From Anaerolineae bacterium (GTDB lineage Bacteria; Chloroflexota; Anaerolineae; JAAYZQ01): DNA of 51,686 nt. The DNA lies in contig JASFHU010000001.1 of NCBI GenBank assembly GCA_050123055.1, positions 1-51,686 of the forward strand. The letters run 5' to 3'. The notes under the pieces were generated by a model. That model made no database searches. It was not told the DNA's origin and was given only the letters and a program-made list of their open reading frames with translations. Positions 8,394 to 17,129 of this stretch are shown piece by piece; position 1 is the stretch's first letter; every line of letters starts with the position of its first letter. The position numbers were made by a program, and so were the translations under genes.

Positions 8394-9836
8394 TCAGTAA
8401 TAGGCGACCTGTTCCAGTCCAAGATCCACTGCAAAGGCTAGGGCGTCAAAACTCCTTTTCATCAACCGAAAGCGAACCTCCCCGTAAGCGGGATCGTCCC
8501 ACAGGTTCTCGAATTCCCAGGGATCGGTTTCGAGGTCAAAGAGCTCACCCACATCGTGTCCGTGATAGACCACCAGCTTGTAGCGATCATCGCGGATCAT
8601 GGTGCCATAGGTTCCTTGAAAATCGGATCTGCCCGGCACGTCGGGGTTCAAGGCCCGGTAATACTCTGACCGGACAAAGTCGCGATGCCGGTTCGGATCG
8701 ACCTGGCCTGTAAGCAAGGGCAGCAGCGAACGCCCCCCCATCCGCTCAGGCACAGGCAGGCCACAAGCCTCCAACAGCGTCGGCGTGATGTCGGTTAGTT
8801 CCACCAGGGCCTCACTCACCAAGCCGGCCTGAAAGTGACCCGGCCAGGAAATGATCAAGGGAACGCGCACCGAACCTTCGTAGAACCGGCAGCCCTTGAG
8901 CAACAGTCCGTGATCGCCCAGTGCCTCACCGTGGTCGCTGGTAAAGAGGACGATGGTGTTCTCGGTCTGGCCCGTGCGTTCCAGTGCGGCCATCAGACGA
9001 CCCACGTTCCAGTCGATCAGTTCGATCATGGCATAGTACGCCGCCTGGATGGCCTGGGCATCAAGTTCCTCTGGCCTGCGGGCTGTGGTCTGAAAGTCTA
9101 TGCCGGCCAGCCTGGCCTGTGCGGCCAGATCTCTCTCCTGGAACTTTGGACCGGGCAGGCTTTCAGAATCGTATCGCTCCAGGTACTCGCGAGGGGGATC
9201 GAAAGGAGCGTGGGGATCAAAGACGTTGACACTCATCAGCCAGGGCTGATCCCGCTCCTCCTCGATGAATTCGATGGCCCTGTCCGCACACCAGGTTGTC
9301 TGGTGCAGGGAGGGAGGGATCTCTTCGGGGTGCTCGTACAGCTCTGATAGGTCCTTGCCTTGTGCCCGGAGCCAATCTTTGTAGTCGTGCCCCTCATCCC
9401 AGTGGTCCTGTGGATGGTGGCTCCAGTGGAAGACGCGGTAGCCATCATCCTCCGGCCGCGGCTCGATCCGTCCCTGTGCTCCAGACAGATGCAGCTTGCC
9501 CGCCAGGCCGCAGTCATAGCCCGCGTCGGCCAGGAGTTTGGTGACCAGCGGCGCGGCATCGGCCCAGTAGTCGTTGCCATTCATGCAGCCATGGACGCTG
9601 CTGGGGTACATACCGGTCAGAAAGCTGGCCCGGCTCGGCGTACTGATGGGGCTCTGGCAGTAGGCATAGCGAAACGCCACGCCATCATGCACCAGGCGAT
9701 CGATGTTCGGCGTGTGCACGTGGCGGTTGCCCAGGGCTCCGATCGTGTCGAATCTTTGCTGATCGGTGCAGATCCACAGAATGTTCGGTCGCTCTAATTC
9801 ATCCGCCATGAAAGTCTCTGACCCCCTACGATCCAT
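8394..9836 (-). CDS. Sulfatase (arylsulfatase A family), Ser-type active-site motif
   Basis: 480 aa. NILWICTDQQRFD N-terminus and signature P-I-S-T-P-S-R-A-S-F-L-T-G (Ser rather than Cys at the formylglycine position). No signal peptide is visible. An alternative ATG lies at 9809. Confidence 0.9.
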   Translation of the reverse strand: MDRRGSETFMADELERPNILWICTDQQRFDTIGALGNRHVHTPNIDRLVHDGVAFRYAYCQSPISTPSRASFLTGMYPSSVHGCMNGNDYWADAAPLVTKLLADAGYDCGLAGKLHLSGAQGRIEPRPEDDGYRVFHWSHHPQDHWDEGHDYKDWLRAQGKDLSELYEHPEEIPPSLHQTTWCADRAIEFIEEERDQPWLMSVNVFDPHAPFDPPREYLERYDSESLPGPKFQERDLAAQARLAGIDFQTTARRPEELDAQAIQAAYYAMIELIDWNVGRLMAALERTGQTENTIVLFTSDHGEALGDHGLLLKGCRFYEGSVRVPLIISWPGHFQAGLVSEALVELTDITPTLLEACGLPVPERMGGRSLLPLLTGQVDPNRHRDFVRSEYYRALNPDVPGRSDFQGTYGTMIRDDRYKLVVYHGHDVGELFDLETDPWEFENLWDDPAYGEVRFRLMKRSFDALAFAVDLGLEQVAYY

Positions 9837-10977
9837 CCAACTGCCCCATCGGTTTGAGGTCGATGCCCTGCCCCCACACCTCCCGTACCGTCTCCAGGTA
9901 GTATAAATAGTTGCCCAGGGGCACGTCTGGCGGCACCAGGTGGTCGCAGAAACCGATGTAGCCCCCCTCCTCCACCAGGGGAGTCAAGCGATGGACCTCG
10001 GCTTCAATCTCCTCCTTGGAGCTGGCCAGGATGCGCTTGTCAAAACCGCCCATCATCAGCAGGTCCTGGCCGTACTGCTGGCGAAGCCCTATCGGATCGG
10101 CGCCCCAGGTGCCTACCTCGACGGGAAACATACAGTTGACGCCCGCCTCCAGCCAAAGCGGGATCAGTTTGTCGATCTTGCCGTCGCAGTCGACCCAAAG
10201 GACGTCGATGTCATGCTTGTGCAGCAGGTCGGCGATGCGGCGGTAGTGGGGGACAAGATGTCGCTTTAAGTGCGCCGGGCTCAGCAGGGGTCCGGCGTTG
10301 AAGCACATATCCTCCCACATGGCGCAAGCGTCAAAGCGCCCGCCGGTTTCAAAAACGCGGCTCAGCGTGCCGACAATGCAGTCGGCAACGGTGGTGACCA
10401 TCTCCTCGAACCAGGCCGGATCGTCGTAGACTACGATGGACAGGTTCTCCAGCCCCATCCAGTTTCGCAGCCAGCCGTACAGACTACCTCCTGGCAGAAT
10501 GAGCGGATAGTCGCGGTCTGGATCGCGCCAGCGCTCAAGCGCGTTATCCCCTTCCGCCGGGTAACGGGCGGGGTGGTCGGGGTCCAGACGTGGCCTATAG
10601 TGCACCTGCCAGCTCTCGCGGTCGGTCAGCAAGTGTGCCAGGGATTTGGGAATGGAGCTCATGAACTTACGCCGGAGTACCCGGACGCCATCCTCCTGCT
10701 GCACAACTTGGTGGTCGCCACGGTCCTCCAGGACGCGCTCTTCAAAGGGGGGCATGAGCCCGACCTCGATGCCGGTCAACGACCCAGCCCTGCGGATCGG
10801 AAAATCGGTGCCAAAAAAGTCAAAAAAGTACCTTCCGCCCTCTTCAGAGATCTCCTCCGGCAGGCCCTGGTCATGCCAGACCTCCAGCGTCTCCGGCCAA
10901 TAGCCAAAGTCACAGATGGGCGACCGGTCACGGGGCTGGTAGTGCATGGTGGCCTGGAATCGTTCTCGATCGTTCAT
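9826..10977 (-). CDS. URO-D/MtaA-like family protein
   Basis: 383 aa. MNDRERFQATMHYQPRDRSPICDF..., with YGWLRNWMGLENL and CDGKIDKLIPLWLEAGVNCMFPVE segments typical of URO-D-like TIM barrels found in sugar loci. Confidence 0.7.
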   Translation of the reverse strand: MNDRERFQATMHYQPRDRSPICDFGYWPETLEVWHDQGLPEEISEEGGRYFFDFFGTDFPIRRAGSLTGIEVGLMPPFEERVLEDRGDHQVVQQEDGVRVLRRKFMSSIPKSLAHLLTDRESWQVHYRPRLDPDHPARYPAEGDNALERWRDPDRDYPLILPGGSLYGWLRNWMGLENLSIVVYDDPAWFEEMVTTVADCIVGTLSRVFETGGRFDACAMWEDMCFNAGPLLSPAHLKRHLVPHYRRIADLLHKHDIDVLWVDCDGKIDKLIPLWLEAGVNCMFPVEVGTWGADPIGLRQQYGQDLLMMGGFDKRILASSKEEIEAEVHRLTPLVEEGGYIGFCDHLVPPDVPLGNYLYYLETVREVWGQGIDLKPMGQLDGS

Positions 10978-10987
10978 GATTACTAGA

Positions 10988-11035
10988 AGGACTGGCGGTC
11001 GCGGGACATCGTCCTGTTGGATGACCGCCAGTCCT
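10988..11035. repeat. Intercistronic inverted repeat (13-bp arms) after kduD
   Basis: AGGACTGGCGGTC ...22 nt... GACCGCCAGTCCT. It shares the GGACTGGC/GCCAGTCC ends with the element at 19650-19745. Confidence 0.7.
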
Positions 11036-11044
11036 GGATCGTAG

Positions 11045-11812
11045 CTAGCGGGCCAGCCAGCCGCCGTCCACGGGCACGATGGCGGCGTGCATGTAATCGG
11101 AGGCTGCCGAAGCCAAAAAGACGACGGCGCCCTTCAGGTCGGCCGGTTCTCCCCAGTCTCCGGCCGGGATGCGGGCCAGGATGGCCGGATTGCGCACCGG
11201 ATCGGCGCGCAGCGGGGCGGTGTTGTCGGTGGCCACGTAGCCCGGCGCGATGGCATTAACGTTGATGCCCTTGGCTGCCCATTCATTGGCCATCGCCCGG
11301 GTGAGCCCGGCCACACCGCTCTTGGCCGCCGTGTAGGGCGGGATCAGGATGCCACCCTGAAAGGAGAGCATCGAGGCGATGTGGATGATCTTGCCACCCC
11401 CCTGCCGGTCCATGACCCGCGCCGCTGCCTGAGACAGGAAGAACAGGGCTTTCAGGTTCACCTGGATCACGTCGTCCCAATCCTGCTCGCTGAACTCCAT
11501 TGCGGGTGCGCGGCGGATGATGCCCGCATTGTTGACCAGGATATCCAGTCGCCCCATCTCGCCCACTATCCGGTCCACAACCTCATTCAGCTGGGCCACG
11601 GTGGCTTGCTGCAGGTCACAGGGCAGCGGCAGGAAGCGCCTGCCCAACGCTTCTACCTGGGCCTGACTCTCCTCATAGTTGGTCCGGTACAGCCCGGCGA
11701 TGTCGGCGCCAGCCTCTGCCAGGCCCAGGGCCATCGCCTGGCCCAAGCCCCGGCCCACGCCCGTGACCAGGGCAACCTTTCCCTCCAGCCGGAACAGGTC
11801 CAGTACGCCCAT
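11045..11812 (-). CDS. kduD: 2-dehydro-3-deoxy-D-gluconate 5-dehydrogenase (SDR)
   Basis: 255 aa, near-colinear by eye with E. coli KduD: LEGKVALVTG.GRGLGQAMALGLAEAGADI..., GGKIIHIASMLSFQGG, YTAAKSGVAGLTRAMANEWA, and a VDGGWLAR C-terminus. Confidence 0.9.
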   Translation of the reverse strand: MGVLDLFRLEGKVALVTGVGRGLGQAMALGLAEAGADIAGLYRTNYEESQAQVEALGRRFLPLPCDLQQATVAQLNEVVDRIVGEMGRLDILVNNAGIIRRAPAMEFSEQDWDDVIQVNLKALFFLSQAAARVMDRQGGGKIIHIASMLSFQGGILIPPYTAAKSGVAGLTRAMANEWAAKGINVNAIAPGYVATDNTAPLRADPVRNPAILARIPAGDWGEPADLKGAVVFLASAASDYMHAAIVPVDGGWLAR

Positions 11813-11813
11813 G

Positions 11814-12632
11814 CTAGAACCCCAACTCTTTCAACATCGGAACGGTGCGACCCACCCAGCCCAGATTGGGATCGTCCACCGTCGCCTGGACGCGATGCTC
11901 ACCCGCCAGGAACCAGAGATAGTAGGTCATATAACCTGGCGCGCTGACGACGGTGTGGTAGCCATAGGGGGCCATCATGATGGTGTTATCCCGCACTGTA
12001 AAGTTTTCCGCCCCGCCCTGGTCGTTGTAGTAGTGGCAGATGCCAAAGCCGTCCGTTGGGTTGACCTTAAAGTAGTACATCTCCTCGTGGTACGCCTCCC
12101 GGGGCAGGTTTTCCACCTCGTGCTTGTGCGGGGGGTAGGTACTCCAGTTACCGCTCGGTGTAAAGGTCTCGCCAACGATGAGCCGCCGGGCCGGCAGGTC
12201 GGGCTGGGCGATCTCGGTCAGGATCTGGTGAAAGTAGCGCTTAAAGTTGGCCGCACCCCACACGCCGTTGGCTACCCGCTCGGGGCCAATGACGTAGGGG
12301 GCGATCTGCGCCTCGCTCGGGGCGCTGGTCATGGCGATCTGGACCGGCCCATCGGCGCTGATGGCGTACTCGGCGCCAGCCGGCAGGTAGACCGAGTGCG
12401 GCTTGCCGGCAAAGACGTTGGGCCGCCCGCCCACCCCTTCGAATCGCTGTCCGGAGACCTCAAAGGTTGCCTTGCCGCCCAGGATCACGGCCAGCACCTC
12501 ACGGTCTCCCGTGTTGCCTTGCTGCCGTTCCCCGGCGGGTAGCACGAGTAGGTCAAACCCTAGCAGTTTGCACGGATTGTGGGACAGGGCGTTCAGCCCC
12601 GCCTCGGATTCTAACGACGTAAAGTACTTCAC
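11814..12632 (-). CDS. KduI/IolB family isomerase (5-dehydro-4-deoxy-D-glucuronate or 5-deoxy-glucuronate isomerase)
   Basis: 272 aa with a GTG start and an AAGGAGG RBS. SGNWSTYPPHKHEVENLPREAYHEEMYYF closely resembles B. subtilis IolB SGNWSSYPPHKHDQDNLPEE. Its stop lies 1 nt from the kduD start, which fits a KduI role. Confidence 0.8.
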   Translation of the reverse strand: MKYFTSLESEAGLNALSHNPCKLLGFDLLVLPAGERQQGNTGDREVLAVILGGKATFEVSGQRFEGVGGRPNVFAGKPHSVYLPAGAEYAISADGPVQIAMTSAPSEAQIAPYVIGPERVANGVWGAANFKRYFHQILTEIAQPDLPARRLIVGETFTPSGNWSTYPPHKHEVENLPREAYHEEMYYFKVNPTDGFGICHYYNDQGGAENFTVRDNTIMMAPYGYHTVVSAPGYMTYYLWFLAGEHRVQATVDDPNLGWVGRTVPMLKELGF

Positions 12633-12642
12633 ATTCGCCTCC

Positions 12643-13134
12643 TTATCTCGAATAGCGCTCCCAATGGATGACTTGGTCTAAGGTCTTTTTTTCTTTCGTC
12701 GGCCACTGCACCGGCACACCAATGGGTACCAGGGTGAGCAGCTTTAGCTCTCGCGGTATCTCCAAAAGGGCCTTGAATTCCTCCTCCCGGAGCATCGTGT
12801 ACCCCTGGAGCCAACAGGAACCATAGCCCAGCGCTGTGGCGGCGATAAGCATGTTCTCTACGGCAGCGGAACCATCCTCCTGCCACCAGCGGGAAGCGGG
12901 ATCCACCACAACAGCAATGATCGCCCCTGCCTTTTCCATCCACTGCGAAGCAACCTTGAGCTGCTCTATCATATCACGATCTGTGACGACTACAAAATCC
13001 CAAGGTTGGTTGTTGTGACCCGATGCTGCCAGCCGCCCAGCGTCCACGATCGTCTCCAGGTCTTGCCTCGGGATCGGCTCGCCTGTGTACTCCCTGACAC
13101 TTCTTCTCTTCCTGATTGCTTCTAGTGCCTCCAT
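12643..13134 (-). CDS. Nitroreductase family protein
   Basis: Track ORF 12643..13140 starts with TTG. The ATG at 13134 follows the upstream stop by 2 nt, with a GGAGGATGGGAG RBS. RKRRSVREYTGEPIP...ASGHNNQPW is the nitroreductase signature. Confidence 0.85.
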   Translation of the reverse strand: MEALEAIRKRRSVREYTGEPIPRQDLETIVDAGRLAASGHNNQPWDFVVVTDRDMIEQLKVASQWMEKAGAIIAVVVDPASRWWQEDGSAAVENMLIAATALGYGSCWLQGYTMLREEEFKALLEIPRELKLLTLVPIGVPVQWPTKEKKTLDQVIHWERYSR

Positions 13135-13136
13135 CG

Positions 13137-13604
13137 TCAACTCCCATCCTCCGCCTGGCCAAAGGTCAAACGGCTAATCTTGCCCTCGCCCATGCCCTCG
13201 ATAGACACGGGCACGCGCTGGCGGCTCAAGGACACGCCTTTGACCTCACCAAAGAACACCTCACATAGAACGTAGGCGATGCAGCCTGGCTCCAAATGGC
13301 CGCCAAATGCACCATCGGCTGTGGAGAGTGCCACGTGGATGTGGGGTTCGCCCTCCACCACCAGGCCGTTCATGGCCAAGATCTCTATACCGCCCTGGCC
13401 GCGACGAAAGAGGTTCTCCGTCGGAATGCGATTGTGCGTCACCCAGTGCAGATGATAGGCGGCCAGTGTGCCGTAGCCGCCCAGGACCACCGCCTGTTGG
13501 ATGTCAGCTTCCTTGAGGAAACGCTGGCATGATTCCAGAACATCTTCCCCAGGATCCACGCGAACGATGTGGATACGGCTCAGGTTCATCGAAGCAAAGT
13601 CCAT
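13137..13604 (-). CDS. PPC/DUF296 domain protein
   Basis: 155 aa. Shows the pattern G.G.L....L......, a G.IEILAMNGLV strand, PHIHVAL...G..FGGHL and CEVF, typical of PPC (DUF296) domains. Confidence 0.65.
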   Translation of the reverse strand: MDFASMNLSRIHIVRVDPGEDVLESCQRFLKEADIQQAVVLGGYGTLAAYHLHWVTHNRIPTENLFRRGQGGIEILAMNGLVVEGEPHIHVALSTADGAFGGHLEPGCIAYVLCEVFFGEVKGVSLSRQRVPVSIEGMGEGKISRLTFGQAEDGS

Positions 13605-13610
13605 CGTCTG

Positions 13611-14945
13611 TCAGGATCTCCTTTCCGTTGTTGTGAGGGTCATATTCGTCACCTCCAGTCCCCTGACGTTGGAACAACTGAACAGGGGCTCCTTCTGTAT
13701 GGCGCCGCGTATCCGGTTGAAGGCAAGACCATGCGTATCCTGGCAGTGGATTCCCTCGACGGCGTTCAGATGCAGGTCTTCCAAGACGACCTTCTCGATC
13801 GGCTGCTCGGGCAGGCCACGAATGGCCACGGCGACCGCCGCACTGTCGCAGGTCACATTCCTGATCTGGATGTTCCGGAAGGCTGGCGGTGCATCGGACT
13901 GCGATGCCGCCGTGGACGAGCCATAGTACATGTTCAGGACAATAGCCTCGCGGCGCAGATTTGCCATCTGGATATCCTCAAAATACACATTCTCGACAAA
14001 ACCACCGCGACCGCGCATCGATTTGAGCCGGATGCCCTGGTCGCCGCCAGTGACCGTGCAATCGCGAACGTACACGTTGCGCACCCCACCCGACATGCCG
14101 CTGCCAATGGCCACCGCCCCATGCCCCTCGCTCATGATGCAGTCGCGGATCAGGACGTTCTCACACGGCCGGGACACGCGCCAGCCATCCTCGTTCATGC
14201 CCGAGTTGATAGCGATGCAATCGTCGCCTGTGTGGAACGAGCTGCCCTCGACGAGCACGTTGCGGCACGAATCGGGGTTGATGCCATCGGTGTTCGGGCC
14301 CTCGCTCCGGACGGCGATGCCTCGCACGAGGACGTTCTCGCAGTAGACGGGGTGGACGGTCCACATCGGGCCATTGGTAAAAGTCACCCCCTCGACGAGC
14401 ACGTTGCGACAGTGGATCGTCTGTAGGAACTGGGGGCGCAGCGCAGCCTCCTCCGTCCCAAAGACCCGCTTTTCGACGGGCATGCCCTTCGATTGGGCGT
14501 CGTAGAGTGTCTGGGCCGCCTCCCTTTGCAGTCTCTTCCAGTGCCACCAGGCCTGACCCTGCCCATCCAGGACGCCCACGCCGGTGACGGCCACGTTCTC
14601 ACAGTCCCGGGCGTAGATGAGCGACGAATAGTTGTAACACTCAACGCCCTCCCAGCGGGTGAACACCACCGGCAAATAGTTGGCAGGGCGCGTGCTGAAG
14701 CGCAGCAGTGTGCCCTTTTCCAAGTGCAGATTTACATAGCTGCGCAGGTGGATCGGCCCGGTCAGCCAGTCGCCCGGTGGAACGCAGACGATCCCTCCAC
14801 CGCCTTCGTGGCAGGCCTTGATGGCCTGGCGGAACGCTTCTGTGTTAAGAGTGCGCCCGTCATCGACTGCGCCAAAGCTACGGACATCGAAGGTGCGATC
14901 AGGGAACGACGGCGGCTTGACCTCTAGCATCTCAAAGGGGTTCAA
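13611..14945 (-). CDS. Glycoside hydrolase family 28 (exo-polygalacturonase-like)
   Basis: 444 aa. NTDGINPDSCRNVLVEG, HTGDDCIAINSG, GHGAVAIGS and IRLKSMRGRGG are the four GH28 catalytic blocks. No signal peptide. Confidence 0.9.
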   Translation of the reverse strand: MNPFEMLEVKPPSFPDRTFDVRSFGAVDDGRTLNTEAFRQAIKACHEGGGGIVCVPPGDWLTGPIHLRSYVNLHLEKGTLLRFSTRPANYLPVVFTRWEGVECYNYSSLIYARDCENVAVTGVGVLDGQGQAWWHWKRLQREAAQTLYDAQSKGMPVEKRVFGTEEAALRPQFLQTIHCRNVLVEGVTFTNGPMWTVHPVYCENVLVRGIAVRSEGPNTDGINPDSCRNVLVEGSSFHTGDDCIAINSGMNEDGWRVSRPCENVLIRDCIMSEGHGAVAIGSGMSGGVRNVYVRDCTVTGGDQGIRLKSMRGRGGFVENVYFEDIQMANLRREAIVLNMYYGSSTAASQSDAPPAFRNIQIRNVTCDSAAVAVAIRGLPEQPIEKVVLEDLHLNAVEGIHCQDTHGLAFNRIRGAIQKEPLFSCSNVRGLEVTNMTLTTTERRS

Positions 14946-16072
14946 CGTTCCGCTACCCTTTCCATCTCGAGGCTGGCCATGATGAACGGGCCCACCCCTT
15001 TGTATTCGTTGGCGATCACCTTCTCGCCTACGTAATACTCGTAGGAGCCATCCCGGTAGGGCTTGCCCCCCAGGCCGGCCACTGCACAGATGCCGCCCAG
15101 GTGCACCAACCCCCGCTCGTCCATAGTGATAAACTCTTTCAGGAGACCGTCAAAACCCTTCCGGGCCGCGGCCAGGTACTCCTCGCTCAGGTAGCCCTTT
15201 CTTACCCCCTTGGCCAGGGCGTAGACGAACATGCACGACGCAGATGCCTCCAGGTAATTCCCCGGCCTGTCCCCCGTGTCGAGCACCTGGTACCATACGC
15301 CACTGGCCGGGTCCTGGACGAGTATAGCCGCATCCAGGGTTGCCCGGAAAATGGCGATGAGCCTAGTCCGTTGGGGATGATCCAGCGGCAGGTGGTCCAG
15401 CACGTCGGGGATGGCCATGGCATACCAACCCATGGCCCGTCCCCAAAAGTTGGGAGAGCAGCCGGTCTCTGGATCTGCCCACCTCTGGCTTCGGCTCTCA
15501 TCCCAGGCGTGGTAGAGCAAGCCGGTCTTGGGATCTCGGGCCTTTTCCGCCATCAGGATGATCTGGTGCGCCACGTCGTCGAATCCCTCGGGCTCGCCGA
15601 ACCGGCTGGCGAACTCTGCGTAAAAGGGCGAGGCCATATAGATGCCATCCAGCCACATCTGGTGGGGGTAGATCTTTTTGTGCCAGAAGCCACGGGTCCT
15701 CGTACGCGGTTGGGTTCGCAACTGCTCCCTCAACAGGAAGGCGGCCTTTTTGTAGCGCTCTTTGCCGGTCGTCTCGTAAAGGAAAAAAAGCAGGCACCCC
15801 TCCCTGATCTGATCGAGGTTGTGCTCCTCCAGGCGATAGGTACGGATGCTTCCATCTGGACGGATGAACTCGTCCATGTTCCGCCTGACGAAATCATAGA
15901 TCCTTTGTTCACCGGTTTTGGCCCATACCCGCTTGAGGGCCAGCAGGGCCACACCCGGCTCGTAGTGCCATCTCCTGGCCAGCAACGGCTTGCGTTCCAT
16001 CACCGACCTGGCCATCCACCCCGACCAGGCCTCTCCAGCAGGTCGAACTGAATCTATGCCTCTGGTGCTCAC
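14942..16072 (-). CDS. Unsaturated rhamnogalacturonyl hydrolase (GH105, YteR/YesR-like)
   Basis: 376 aa with a GTG start after GGGAGGAG. RRWHYEPGVALLAL, FWHKKIYPHQMWLDGIYMASPFYA and NFWGRAMGW are GH105-like. Overlaps the GH28 gene by 4 nt. Confidence 0.85.
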   Translation of the reverse strand: MSTRGIDSVRPAGEAWSGWMARSVMERKPLLARRWHYEPGVALLALKRVWAKTGEQRIYDFVRRNMDEFIRPDGSIRTYRLEEHNLDQIREGCLLFFLYETTGKERYKKAAFLLREQLRTQPRTRTRGFWHKKIYPHQMWLDGIYMASPFYAEFASRFGEPEGFDDVAHQIILMAEKARDPKTGLLYHAWDESRSQRWADPETGCSPNFWGRAMGWYAMAIPDVLDHLPLDHPQRTRLIAIFRATLDAAILVQDPASGVWYQVLDTGDRPGNYLEASASCMFVYALAKGVRKGYLSEEYLAAARKGFDGLLKEFITMDERGLVHLGGICAVAGLGGKPYRDGSYEYYVGEKVIANEYKGVGPFIMASLEMERVAER

Positions 16073-16085
16073 AGCTCCTCCCTGG

Positions 16086-17129
16086 CTAGCCCAGGCCCTC
16101 GGCCTGCAGTGTCTCCTCGTAGACGGCCATGTACTCGGCGATCATCTCCCGGATGGGTAACTGGTAGGGACACTTTTCCTCGCATTGGCCACACTCGATG
16201 CAATTCCTGCCGGTCTGTAGCGCCGCGGCCAAGTTGCCGGTGGTCAGCCGCTCGACAGGCATTCGTTTCCACACGCTAGGCAGGTTCATCACCAGGGAGA
16301 TCCGCACATCCTCGGGGCACGGCTCGCAATATCCACAGCGGCGGCAAAAGCGCACACCTACCTCATTCCGGATGAGCTCGATCTCCTGCCGCTCCTGGGG
16401 AGTCAGGTCCCAGGAGCCCGCGACGATGGCCGCAATCTCTTCGATCTCCTCTACCCGCTCAATACCTGGATCGGGTACGACATGGTCGAACTGTAGCAGG
16501 TATTTGATGGCCAGGTTTGCATCGCTCAACATCCCCCCACCCAGCGGCTTCATGGCGATAAAGCCCAGCCCGTGCTGGCGGGCCAGGGGCAACAGCTTGT
16601 CGGCCGGCTCGTTGGTCACAAAGTTAAAGGGGAACTGGACGGTCTCAAAGTGGCCCGACGGTACCCCCTTCAGGGCGACATCCATCGAGTGGCTGGTGAT
16701 GCCGATGTGGCGGACGAGTCCGGTCTCCAGGGCCTCTTGCGCCGCTTCCAGCGCGCCTCCGGGGGCGAGTACCTGCTCGTAGGCGTCCATGGAACTGACG
16801 TTGTGTAATTGCCAGAGGTCGACGACGTCGATGCCCAGGTGGCGTCGGCTCTGCTCCAGGTGCCGCCAGGCCGTGGCCCGGTCCCGGGCCGCCGTTTTTG
16901 TAGCGATGACGAGCCGCTCCCTTTGGTCCGGCAGCGCAGCCAGCGCCTTGCCGATGCGCGCCTCGCTGTTGGAATAGGCGTTGGCCGTGTCGAGAAAGGT
17001 CACGCCCAGCTCGATGCAGCGCAGCACAACCCGGACCGCTTCCTCTTCGCTCACCCGTTGGATGGGTATGCCGCCAAAGCCTATCCTGGAAACCTGTAGA
17101 CCGGTCCTGCCCAATGTGGTTGTTTTCAT
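16086..17129 (-). CDS. Aldo/keto reductase with C-terminal 4Fe-4S ferredoxin-type cysteine motifs
   Basis: Track ORF 16086..17552 has an implausible Arg/Gly/Pro-rich extension. The real start is MKTTTLGRTGLQVSRIGFGG at ATG 17129, with a GAGGGAAG RBS and an ATGA overlap with the upstream stop. The C-terminus has CRRCGYCEPCP and CIECGQCEEKCP. Confidence 0.85.
   Translation of the reverse strand: MKTTTLGRTGLQVSRIGFGGIPIQRVSEEEAVRVVLRCIELGVTFLDTANAYSNSEARIGKALAALPDQRERLVIATKTAARDRATAWRHLEQSRRHLGIDVVDLWQLHNVSSMDAYEQVLAPGGALEAAQEALETGLVRHIGITSHSMDVALKGVPSGHFETVQFPFNFVTNEPADKLLPLARQHGLGFIAMKPLGGGMLSDANLAIKYLLQFDHVVPDPGIERVEEIEEIAAIVAGSWDLTPQERQEIELIRNEVGVRFCRRCGYCEPCPEDVRISLVMNLPSVWKRMPVERLTTGNLAAALQTGRNCIECGQCEEKCPYQLPIREMIAEYMAVYEETLQAEGLG

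Noticed and set aside
15101-16051. 316-aa plus-strand ORF; similar long antisense ORFs at 18635..19606, 20956..21972, 31285..32253, 43693..44553 and 45851..46804
   Set aside because: All lie opposite genes with strong family signatures. They have Arg/Pro/Gly-biased translations and no start context.
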